Source of the DNA: Patescibacteria group bacterium
Lineage (GTDB): Bacteria; Patescibacteriota; Microgenomatia; UBA1400; PJMF01
DNA length: 64,000 nucleotides
Direction of reading: 5' to 3'
Assembly (NCBI GenBank): GCA_040879165.1
Contig: JBBDKV010000013.1
Location: 71,967-135,966 of the forward strand
Part shown: one piece after another, positions 30,029-38,904 of the stretch
Position numbering within the stretch: position 1 is the stretch's first letter
Layout: every line of letters begins with the position of its first letter
Position numbers and translations under genes: made by a program
The notes under the pieces: generated by a model
What the model saw: the letters and a program-made list of their open reading frames with translations, nothing else
What the model was told of the DNA's origin: nothing
The model's database searches: none

Positions 30029-31171
30029 ATGCTACGAATCCGCGTCAAAAGCACATCCGAACAACAATCAGCTATCCAACAAGCCACCGCTATTTTGAGT
30101 GCGGGTGGCTTGATTATTTTCCCAACCGAGACCACCTATGGAGTCGGTGTTGACGCCACCAACCCAGCCGCTGTCCAAAAATTACTCAAGTACAAATCTC
30201 GCAGAGAAGGCAAGCCACTCTCCATCGCAGTCAGCTCAGTTGCAATGGCCGCTGAATACGTTGCAGTAAATGACCAAGCAGCCGCTGCCTATCAACAATT
30301 TTTACCCGGTCCCGTCACAGTTGTATCTCAGAGTCGAGGTCGAGTTGCTCCAGAGGTGGCATCTGAATTTAACACGTTGGGCATTCGCATTCCAGATTAC
30401 CCACTGATTCTGCAGCTGATCAACGCGTATGGCAAGCCCATTACCGCCACCTCTGCAAATATGTCTGGAGGAAAGCGTCCATATGATATAGACAGCCTAC
30501 TCAGCCAACTGCCAAAAAAACAGCTTGGGTTAATCGACTGCGTGTTAGATGCGGGAAAATTACCGCCAAATCCGCCATCATTAGTTATTGATACTAGTTT
30601 TTCCGCACCGGTCACGCTGCGCGCTCGGGACGAGCGCGCGTCAGATGAGCGGAGTTTGGATTCAGATGAGGAAGGCTTGGATTCGGCTGCACCCACAACC
30701 TTAGTCTCAGACAGTCCAGAGATGACAGAGCGTATCGCAGGCACCTATTTGCTCAAATATTGGAATGACATTACATCGCGCGGCTTAGTGATTGGGCTGG
30801 ATGGCGAGCTTGGCACCGGCAAAACAGTTTTCGCCAAGGGAGCAGCTGATTTTCTGAAAATACAAGACAAAATGAGCTCACCCACATACACCTATATCGA
30901 AAGTTATGACTTCCCTCGTCATGGCGTGCGTGGACAGCTACATCACTGTGATTTTTGGAAGATCGCCAGTCAAGATGAACTGCGACTGCTGGGAGTTGAT
31001 ACGCTGTTGGGCGCAAAACAAGTGGTGCTGATTGAATGGTGGCAACAAGTAGCCCAATGGCTGTTGCCACAACTGACAATCAAAAACATTCCACTCGTGC
31101 AAATTTTGATACAAGATCCAAACAAAGGAACTGAGCGACGCATACAAATCGATGAATCACATGCCAAATAA
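30029..31171 (+). CDS. tsaC: TsaC(Sua5/YrdC)-TsaE fusion
   Basis: FPTETTYG, K.R..GKPL, TATSAN; C-terminal GELGTGKT, SSPTY, IEW. Confidence 0.92.
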   Translation: MLRIRVKSTSEQQSAIQQATAILSAGGLIIFPTETTYGVGVDATNPAAVQKLLKYKSRREGKPLSIAVSSVAMAAEYVAVNDQAAAAYQQFLPGPVTVVSQSRGRVAPEVASEFNTLGIRIPDYPLILQLINAYGKPITATSANMSGGKRPYDIDSLLSQLPKKQLGLIDCVLDAGKLPPNPPSLVIDTSFSAPVTLRARDERASDERSLDSDEEGLDSAAPTTLVSDSPEMTERIAGTYLLKYWNDITSRGLVIGLDGELGTGKTVFAKGAADFLKIQDKMSSPTYTYIESYDFPRHGVRGQLHHCDFWKIASQDELRLLGVDTLLGAKQVVLIEWWQQVAQWLLPQLTIKNIPLVQILIQDPNKGTERRIQIDESHAK

Positions 31172-32231
31172 TCAAGATCCACTCATTCTAGCAATAGACA
31201 CTTCCTGCGATGATACCAGTGCCGCCGTGACACAAGGGTGGGTGGTGCGGTCAAATGTGGTGGCTTCTCAAGCTCAGTTGCATAAGAAATACGGCGGCGT
31301 TTTTCCCACCGTTGCCAAGCTTGCCCACGCTCAAAACATTACAGCGACTGTTTCAGCCGCACTGCAACAGGCTCGCATCAACCCTGAGCAGCTATCAGCT
31401 GTAGCGGTCACCATTGGTCCAGGATTGGCTCCGGCTCTGGAAGTAGGGATTCGATTTGCCGAGCAATTCGCCCAACAACATACTAAACCGCTGACTGCCA
31501 TCAATCACCTCGAGGGACATCTACTCTCTGTCCTGGCCAGGCCAAACTCGCGAACAACCGCTCAAGCTCAACCAAATCTTGACACAGTGTTCCCTGCGCT
31601 CGGTCTAATTATCTCTGGAGGACATTCCCAATTTGTGCTCATTAAGCAACTCGGCACCTATCAAATACTCGGCACTACACTTGATGATGCTGCAGGTGAA
31701 TGCTTGGATAAAATTGGTCGGATGGTCAATCTTGGTTATCCTGCTGGTGCAACGATTGAAATTTTAGCGCAACAAGGCAATCCTGAAGCAATTGAGTTCC
31801 CCCTCCCGCTCACTCACCGCAAAGATTTTGACCTCAGTTTTTCTGGCCTAAAAACCTTTGCCCGCAACACGCTTGCCACAACTTCCCCAAAGAAACTTCA
31901 AGACGCGCAATTCATCAAAGATTTTTGTGCCAGCGCCCAGGCAGGTGTGTTCCGACACCTCCTTTACAAGTTTGAACGAGCACTAGCCGCGCACCCAGAG
32001 ATACACAGCGTCTGGCTGGGCGGGGGAGTGGCTGCAAATATGCAATTGCGCAAAAAGCTGCGCAGTACAATCCGACAAACTAACAAGAAAATCCCCCTAC
32101 TCACTCCCTATTCAAAAAAACTTTGTGCAGATAATGCGGCAATGATTGGGGTGGCGATGAACGCAAACACACAAAATACTGTTTATACAAGTGATCAACT
32201 GCAAAGACAGCCGCGGCTTAAATTTGGCTAA
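31161..32231 (+). CDS. tsaD: t6A threonylcarbamoyltransferase TsaD
   Basis: IDTSCDDT, HLEGH, SGGHS, DDAAGECLDK, SFSGLK, DNAAMI. Confidence 0.97.
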   Translation: MPNNQDPLILAIDTSCDDTSAAVTQGWVVRSNVVASQAQLHKKYGGVFPTVAKLAHAQNITATVSAALQQARINPEQLSAVAVTIGPGLAPALEVGIRFAEQFAQQHTKPLTAINHLEGHLLSVLARPNSRTTAQAQPNLDTVFPALGLIISGGHSQFVLIKQLGTYQILGTTLDDAAGECLDKIGRMVNLGYPAGATIEILAQQGNPEAIEFPLPLTHRKDFDLSFSGLKTFARNTLATTSPKKLQDAQFIKDFCASAQAGVFRHLLYKFERALAAHPEIHSVWLGGGVAANMQLRKKLRSTIRQTNKKIPLLTPYSKKLCADNAAMIGVAMNANTQNTVYTSDQLQRQPRLKFG

Positions 32232-32414
32232 CTAATCTTGTTTGCCTAAAGCTAAACGCATGCCTTGTGCAGCAATTTTAAAGTCAACGGGCAATATCGA
32301 AGCAAGAAATGCATCCCTAAGACCTGCATCTAATCACCAGTAAATGCAACTAGCTCGTATTTACTAGCATTTCGGAACACTTCTGTTAATTGAGGCATTT
32401 TTTCAGAAAATCAT

Positions 32415-33140
32415 TCATTGATTATTAATTTCACTCTGGTGCTGTTGAAGCTTCCTCAGAGCTTCTTGAGCCTGATCAAGAGCTCTTACTGCTTCACGTA
32501 CTAGCGATGCATTATCATTCTCGCCTTGAGTATCTACCTCTGTGCCACCTCTCTCTGCAATGTTGGCAGTAGTTTCTCCATCGGAGAAAGTAGCTGGCTC
32601 CCCAACAGGTATATCATTGGGTACTTCAACATTTAAGTCTGAATTCAGTGGTGTCGGCTGCGACTCAGCCGCCAAAGCGACATCGCTATTGGTCCCAGAA
32701 GCAGGCGCTGCTCCATTAGTTCTCCGCTCAGGTACCAATGTATCTTTCTCAGTTTGATCGTAGTCCAACGAATCTGTAACTCCTCTGTCATCTTGAGTAG
32801 TATCGGCTGACACAACGCTATTCACCTCATCTGCCTGAGTGTCATCCCCAACTTCCGAAGCTGACCCCTCTTGGGAAGAGCCTGTTTGAGATTTATATTT
32901 CTCATCCAACTCATCAAGCTTCAAAAATTGCTCAAGAGTTAACTCTTGTGGGCGATCTTTGTATACTTTGCGCACTGCTTTAAGGAGCTGCTGAACTCGA
33001 GATTCATCACCAGTTTCTAAACTACTTTCTATCTCATCCAATGAGCTTGAAACTACCGCTCCGACCTCACGATTTGACTCAGCATTATCAAGAGCTTCAT
33101 TTTCTTCTGTACTTACTTCCGGCTGTGTGGTTTCACTCAT
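32415..33140 (-). CDS. Acidic low-complexity hypothetical protein
   Basis: Long ORF, E/S/D/T-rich, coiled-coil ends. Confidence 0.65.
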   Translation of the reverse strand: MSETTQPEVSTEENEALDNAESNREVGAVVSSSLDEIESSLETGDESRVQQLLKAVRKVYKDRPQELTLEQFLKLDELDEKYKSQTGSSQEGSASEVGDDTQADEVNSVVSADTTQDDRGVTDSLDYDQTEKDTLVPERRTNGAAPASGTNSDVALAAESQPTPLNSDLNVEVPNDIPVGEPATFSDGETTANIAERGGTEVDTQGENDNASLVREAVRALDQAQEALRKLQQHQSEINNQ

Positions 33141-33261
33141 ATATAGTTTCTGTAAATTGTCTCTGCACAACTATGATCACATTTTTCTACATGAGCTGCA
33201 ACCAGTAAAAAAAGTTGAGATACTATATTCATTAGCAATAGGCAACACAGCTCTCTGCTAC

Positions 33262-35451
33262 CTAGATCGGACACGCACCACTCTCACACTTGAGATGTTC
33301 GTAGTCAATATCCTCCATCACTGTCTCATCTTTTTCAATTTCATTGAGGACACGCATGAATTCGCTGATCGTCACTGGCTGCTCAGGCTGATACTCGTAG
33401 GCAGTGGCGTCTTGTTGTGGCATAACGCTGCAACACTTGATCAACCCTTGATACTTAGACACCATTTCGGCGTATTTTTTGTAGGTAACGCGCTTGGGGT
33501 CGTACTTGAGAGTGTAGGAAACTTGATTGCCAGTGTCTTCAAGTGGCTTGCCTTCAGTGTCAACACCCACAATCCAGTATTTTTCCAAAAGCATTAGCCA
33601 TTTGTACTGTTCTTCGGGAGTAGCTTCTGCTGCGGTGACCAGCTTGCCATTCATGCCTAAGCGGCAGATCAATGGTTGTGTTGGAAAGCCAACAGCTGTC
33701 GAGCCCGAATAGCTGCGCAACTCTTTGACCGGGTACCCTTTTTTAGCATAGCGTTTAACCGAGGCGTCGTCCGAGCGATACTGCACCCAGCGAATGTACT
33801 CACGCATCGAGGGCAAGTGGGCACCTTCTGTCAGGGCAAATAACTTGGAAATAGTACCAGATGGCTTAATGGTAGTGTTGGTGTGTGGTACCACCACGCC
33901 CAGTTTTTTGGAGTAGCTTTCAGCTTCATCAACCACCGCTCGCTTGAAACGTGCCATGGTCTCCCAAAAATCTTTTGATTTTTCTTCATCAATCAAATCG
34001 TGAAATGAATAGCCAAATTGATTCCAAGCAAACTCATGAATGCCAGTCATGCCAACGCCAATGCGATTGGTGCGCTTAACTTCACGATTGTACAAACTAT
34101 CCATGAAAGTATTGACGCGAATCAAGGCGCGGGTAGTCGCCCGATAGGCTTCTTCAGCATCGTCGACAGTTGGCGCGTAATACGGCACGACGTCTGCAAT
34201 CACACAGTAGCCGCCCAACATGTTCAGTGAAATCTCACCGCAAGGGTTGGGAATCTGGGAATAGACTTTAGATGAAGCATTGCGAGCCAAGCGGGAGAGC
34301 ATTTTTTCAGTGCGAGCCAGTGGCTTATATTTCTTGCTCTCGGCGTACTTGCCGTCTTGATAATCTTCGTAGCCATCGTCATTTTGAACAAGTCGATGTT
34401 GATTGATAAAACCAGGTTCACCCGTTCCATCTTCGTACGAAGCCTTCATAATCACTTCCAGCACTTTACGGGAGTGCTTGGTGCGCTGCTTCCAGAATTT
34501 GTCATCAACAGCCACTGAGTTATTCGCACTCCAGAGGAAACCACCTCTTTTGATAGCGATAAAATCGAGAACTTCGGGATCAGTCCAGACTTTGGTGGCG
34601 ATGCGCGCGCTGCGGCGCGCGCCACCCACCAACACACACTCGGCAAGATAATGGTCGGCAAACATCGCCTGCTTCCAGGGAGACATTCCCGCACCTTTGA
34701 TGGTTGCCAGCTTTGAGATTGCATTCATTAATGGTTTTGGGCCAGACGAAGGGCGATTTTGCATGCCTTTAATTGGTTGACCTTTGGCTCGAACGCCAGA
34801 GAAGTTGAGAATCAACAAGTCGTCACGATACTTCTTCTCATAGGCCATCACTTCCAACATCTCAACTGCTTGCGCCCAGCCTTCACGACTGTCAGGCACT
34901 TCAAACCAGTGAATACCATCTTCATGGCCGTATTTATGCTCAGCATCTCGCACACTTTCATCCACCCCCCACACGAAGTCAGGATGTTCGTCATTGATGA
35001 CGCAGCGAACATTTGGCATTAAATCCCAGTTAACGATACACATATCATCATCGTAAGGACGACCTACTCCAGATCCGTTCATCAATAAATAAAATAAAAT
35101 ATACGAACTTGAAGCCGTTGAACAATTAGTAAAGACCTCCATATTGCGCTCACTCTGCGTTTCATCTCCATGCTGCAAGTGGCGACCTGACATTAAAATC
35201 GAACCATTTGAAATGTGTTTGCGCAGCAATTTTTGCTCATCCCTACGGTGACTCGCCATTTTTTTGCCAAGTAATCCTGCATTTCCTGCAGCAACCCGCT
35301 CAGCCACCTCTGCCCAAGTTTCCCAACGCTCTCGACCAGATTTTAGATCTGTCACCCGACGTAAGTAGGTGCGGCGAGCCACAGCAAGTCCCATGCCCTG
35401 ATCTAGTTTTCGATCGATGAATTTCATTTTTTTCTTAGGTAATGTTGACAT
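33262..35451 (-). CDS. nrdJ: Class II (AdoCbl-dependent) ribonucleotide reductase
   Basis: NCS, GGARRSA, GEPG, NPCGEI, RIGVG, TTIKPSGT, C-terminal CESGAC; no beta subunit; downstream of nrdR. Confidence 0.88.
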   Translation of the reverse strand: MSTLPKKKMKFIDRKLDQGMGLAVARRTYLRRVTDLKSGRERWETWAEVAERVAAGNAGLLGKKMASHRRDEQKLLRKHISNGSILMSGRHLQHGDETQSERNMEVFTNCSTASSSYILFYLLMNGSGVGRPYDDDMCIVNWDLMPNVRCVINDEHPDFVWGVDESVRDAEHKYGHEDGIHWFEVPDSREGWAQAVEMLEVMAYEKKYRDDLLILNFSGVRAKGQPIKGMQNRPSSGPKPLMNAISKLATIKGAGMSPWKQAMFADHYLAECVLVGGARRSARIATKVWTDPEVLDFIAIKRGGFLWSANNSVAVDDKFWKQRTKHSRKVLEVIMKASYEDGTGEPGFINQHRLVQNDDGYEDYQDGKYAESKKYKPLARTEKMLSRLARNASSKVYSQIPNPCGEISLNMLGGYCVIADVVPYYAPTVDDAEEAYRATTRALIRVNTFMDSLYNREVKRTNRIGVGMTGIHEFAWNQFGYSFHDLIDEEKSKDFWETMARFKRAVVDEAESYSKKLGVVVPHTNTTIKPSGTISKLFALTEGAHLPSMREYIRWVQYRSDDASVKRYAKKGYPVKELRSYSGSTAVGFPTQPLICRLGMNGKLVTAAEATPEEQYKWLMLLEKYWIVGVDTEGKPLEDTGNQVSYTLKYDPKRVTYKKYAEMVSKYQGLIKCCSVMPQQDATAYEYQPEQPVTISEFMRVLNEIEKDETVMEDIDYEHLKCESGACPI

Positions 35452-35507
35452 TGGTGTCTCCTTGTATGCTTGTATTGCTGGCACTTCGCCATATTTTGCT
35501 ACTGCGT

Positions 35508-35990
35508 TTACTTCTCCTCAGACTTTCCTTCAGAAGGCTTTTGTTCTTGGAGCCGGTGAATCTCCTTTTCAAAGTCTTCTAGATTTTCAAAGTCTCGATA
35601 GACACTAGCAAACAGCAGATATGACATTGGGTCAATTTTCTTCAATCTGTTAATGACTAAGTTACCTACCTCCCAGCTTTTGACTTCGCTGGCATCACGG
35701 AGTCGCAGCTTACGTTCAACTTCATCTATTAAATCTTCCACAGCACTCATCGAAACTGGTCGTTTCCAAGTTGCCTTGATAATGCCACGACGAAGTTTTT
35801 CTCGACTAAAGTCCTCGCGCGCACCGTCTTTTTTAATTATTTTTAGCTCGATACCCTCGACACGTTCATAGGTGGTAAACCGCTTACCACACTCAGCGCA
35901 GCTTCGGCGACGTCTGATGCTGGTTTGGTCTTCGGCTTCTCGAGAGTCGATAACAGAAGTGCTGATTTTGGCACAATATGGACATTTCAC
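35508..35990 (-). CDS. nrdR: Transcriptional repressor NrdR
   Basis: KCPYC, VIDSR, IRRRR.C..C..RFTTYE, ATP-cone. Confidence 0.97.
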   Translation of the reverse strand: MKCPYCAKISTSVIDSREAEDQTSIRRRRSCAECGKRFTTYERVEGIELKIIKKDGAREDFSREKLRRGIIKATWKRPVSMSAVEDLIDEVERKLRLRDASEVKSWEVGNLVINRLKKIDPMSYLLFASVYRDFENLEDFEKEIHRLQEQKPSEGKSEEK

Positions 35991-36032
35991 TCATCACTTT
36001 CTACATGGTCTTGTATTTGATGTGTAATAAAA

Positions 36033-36048
36033 ACACAATATATTGTGT
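36033..36048. promoter_or_regulatory. NrdR box
   Basis: ACACAATATATTGTGT, perfect palindromic consensus; degenerate second box possible at 36001-36016. Confidence 0.85.
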
Positions 36049-36120
36049 TTCCCGCTTTTTAGGAGTTATAGAATCTCACAGAGTAGGTGAAGCTGTCAAT
36101 GGATATTTGTAGATCAAAAG

Positions 36121-36690
36121 CTAGTAATTATTGCTGACTGACGCTGCCAATTCGTCTTGCACAACCCGAGTATCAGCGGCAACTTGCGTCAAGGCTGAAT
36201 GATGCAGATCGCCCGTTGAATCTGAAATAACTTCAATATGGAGCAGTGATTCAGCTAAAATTTCTGCAAGTTCCTGGCGCATCTCTACTGGTGCTGGCGT
36301 GCCTATGGCCAGTCGAGAGGCTTCTAGTAGATATTTTTGCGACTTACTAAAAGTGCTCACTGCCAGCTCAGGCTGACCTTTTTTCAACAACAGCATGGCT
36401 CGTTGCCGACGCTCATCAGCATACTTAACTTGTAATAAAATTGTCGCATCGCCCTCAGCTTGCAGTAAAGCCAAGCGATCTCGTACCATCAAAACAGGGT
36501 ACAAAGGATGATCAGGTAAAATAGGTCCATTCGTGTAAAATTGTACCGTACTCAACGGAGTAACCTGGCCAACAACCGAGCGATTGGTAGCCACCAAGGA
36601 AACAAGTAAGACCAAAAAGCCAAAAACAGCTAAACCAAGCATGCTTATAAAATGAAGTTTTGTGATCGCCATAGACGAGTGTATTTGCAT
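36121..36690 (-). CDS. Membrane-anchored hypothetical protein (DUF5667-like)
   Basis: TM plus ILPDHPLYP..RDRL motif; start uncertain. Confidence 0.6.
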   Translation of the reverse strand: MQIHSSMAITKLHFISMLGLAVFGFLVLLVSLVATNRSVVGQVTPLSTVQFYTNGPILPDHPLYPVLMVRDRLALLQAEGDATILLQVKYADERRQRAMLLLKKGQPELAVSTFSKSQKYLLEASRLAIGTPAPVEMRQELAEILAESLLHIEVISDSTGDLHHSALTQVAADTRVVQDELAASVSNNY

Positions 36691-36779
36691 TACTATAAAA
36701 TACGTACTTCCTGAAAGGAATTCTGCCAAGGAGTGGTCATTCTAACAGATATTATTGTTTTTTAATTGAGCAATATCAC

Positions 36780-37529
36780 CTACCAAGTATGTGTTAATAA
36801 CACCATACCCCAAATAGCGTGTGACAAAACCAGCGCATAGGCATTTCTCCGCGCATAGAATAGAAAAGCCTGACCAAGACCAAACAAAAACATCACCATC
36901 AAGTAGGGAATAAAGAGCAGTACGTCACCCGCACCAACTTGTGTCAACATATTAGGGATGTGGAAAATCAAGAAAATACTCGCTGTCAATGCTGCTTGGC
37001 TAACCACTGACCACTTGGGATATTTCTCCATAATTACCGTCATAATAAATGAGAAAAAGAGTAGTGTTTCCCAAAATCCCGTCAGTATTGCCAAGATAAA
37101 CTCTCCCCAAAAAACCTCTGAAGAAAAGAGTGCCACTGGCAACACCTGCGCCCCAGTTTGCAATAACACCAAAATACTGGTGGCAAATCCAAACATGCCT
37201 CCTGCTGCCAAGCCCAGAAATAAACCAGGATACAACTTTCGCGCTGAAAAAGTATCTACAATACTTTTTGAGCGCGACATGACAATATATAACCAGACAG
37301 GAAAGCCAAAAAAAATTGCCTTACCGATACTCTCATCAAACCACACAGGAAAACTCTGCAACAAACTGCGATACAAAACCCACATCACCAAAGCCAACAC
37401 AACGATTGGATAAAAGGCGATGAGCGCTGGAGATTGTTGAGTTTTTTTTGTTGGACGAGAAGCTTTACTGGTTGAAGCTGCAGTTTTTCGCTTTGATGCA
37501 CTAGTCCGCGAGGTGGTTTTCGATGGCAT
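36780..37529 (-). CDS. CPBP/Abi-family intramembrane metalloprotease
   Basis: Polytopic; GFWET..F, F.IFH, SHAIW motifs. Confidence 0.7.
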   Translation of the reverse strand: MPSKTTSRTSASKRKTAASTSKASRPTKKTQQSPALIAFYPIVVLALVMWVLYRSLLQSFPVWFDESIGKAIFFGFPVWLYIVMSRSKSIVDTFSARKLYPGLFLGLAAGGMFGFATSILVLLQTGAQVLPVALFSSEVFWGEFILAILTGFWETLLFFSFIMTVIMEKYPKWSVVSQAALTASIFLIFHIPNMLTQVGAGDVLLFIPYLMVMFLFGLGQAFLFYARRNAYALVLSHAIWGMVLLTHTW

Positions 37530-38142
37530 GGATGACTTGCTCTACTGTTTCTTTTTGATTTGTGGAATACGTATCGATGACAATATCGTATAAACTCGGG
37601 TGCCAAAAATCAATTGGATCAGTTGCTTTCATAGTACCAGTTTCTACAATCCATGTCTGCCACTCTTTGGCATACATTCGACGCCACTTTGCCACATTTG
37701 ATTTGTAACGCTTGTTCATGTTGGCAAGTGCAACTTCGGCCGTGACGTCATCACGATTGACAATGCGATCAACTTTGACCGCAGTATTGCTACACTTGAG
37801 TAAAATCTTAAATACCCCCGGCACTTGCTGGGCCAAAAACCCAGACAGCCAAGATTCAATAATCCAGTGCTGTTCAGTGCTCAATTTTTCACGCATGCCC
37901 ATATCAACTTCTCGATCAAAATCATCTGAATAGATATCCGCACTGTGGTGCAACTTACCATCTTTATCCATCAATCCCTTTTCCATAGCGTAGTTACGCA
38001 TGAACGCGCCGCCACTGAAACCCGACCAGCCTTCAAACTTCAGGTCTGGGTGTTCTCTGAGTTGATCGAGCAGAGTGGTTGAACCAGATCCAGGCAATCC
38101 AGATATTGTAATGTTGCGAACAAGTGGTGGTGCTCCTGACAT
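37501..38142 (-). CDS. Archaeal-type cytidylate kinase-like P-loop kinase
   Basis: ITISGLPGSGSTT, DREVD, IESWLSG, YDIVIDT. Confidence 0.75.
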   Translation of the reverse strand: MSGAPPLVRNITISGLPGSGSTTLLDQLREHPDLKFEGWSGFSGGAFMRNYAMEKGLMDKDGKLHHSADIYSDDFDREVDMGMREKLSTEQHWIIESWLSGFLAQQVPGVFKILLKCSNTAVKVDRIVNRDDVTAEVALANMNKRYKSNVAKWRRMYAKEWQTWIVETGTMKATDPIDFWHPSLYDIVIDTYSTNQKETVEQVIHAIENHLAD

Positions 38143-38275
38143 GTGATTCCTTTGTCTTCAGTTAAAAATTGCAATACTATTGTTATAAACCTCTATTATA
38201 CCTACATACCAGGCAAGTGTCAGCCACGAGACTGAGCTTTTAATGGTTGACGATACGTATTTGGTTCCGTGTGTA

Positions 38276-38839
38276 CTAGCGCGAGCTTTTGCCGGACTGT
38301 TTTGACTGCGCACTCGGCTCTTTTTTAGCAGGCACCTCTAGTTCTAGCTGACAAGTATGAGCATCTTGCATCGTCTCAGTGATTAACTGCACATACTCTG
38401 TGGCGATCTCAAACGAAAAAAGCAGCTTACGATTAGGAAAGTAGTGAAACACTCGATTGCGGCAAGTCAGCCAAGTTTGCCAAAGCTGCTGAGCCAATGG
38501 TTTTCCACACATGTGCACTAGATCATCATATAACCAATACTCGTCCCGCTGGTTTTCTCGAACATCTGGATTGATTGCCCGACCAATTCTAAACCGCCGA
38601 CTATGATATGTTCGCTCATCAATTAACTCGCAATCATATAAATACTGCTTCAAAAATCCTTCATACGCTTTTGACATGGGAAAAATCACAAAAGAATAAT
38701 CGCTCAAGACGACTGTCGACCTTCGTTCGCGCTCATAGAGCAACACACTCAACCGTACCAATTCCTGCTGCGGCTTTCGCAAATACTTAAACCAGGGTTT
38801 ACTAAACACTTCTCTCATAGAATGCAGTACCTGACTCAT
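38276..38839 (-). CDS. HEPN protein resembling the RnlA/LsoA toxin C-terminal domain
   Basis: DYSFVIFPMSKAYEGFLK and RNRVFH (R-x4-H). Confidence 0.65.
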   Translation of the reverse strand: MSQVLHSMREVFSKPWFKYLRKPQQELVRLSVLLYERERRSTVVLSDYSFVIFPMSKAYEGFLKQYLYDCELIDERTYHSRRFRIGRAINPDVRENQRDEYWLYDDLVHMCGKPLAQQLWQTWLTCRNRVFHYFPNRKLLFSFEIATEYVQLITETMQDAHTCQLELEVPAKKEPSAQSKQSGKSSR

Positions 38840-38904
38840 CACTCTTGTTCTATAGTTTATTGGTCGAATTTGCTACACTATACTACCTAGCACAAGTCTA
38901 AAGC

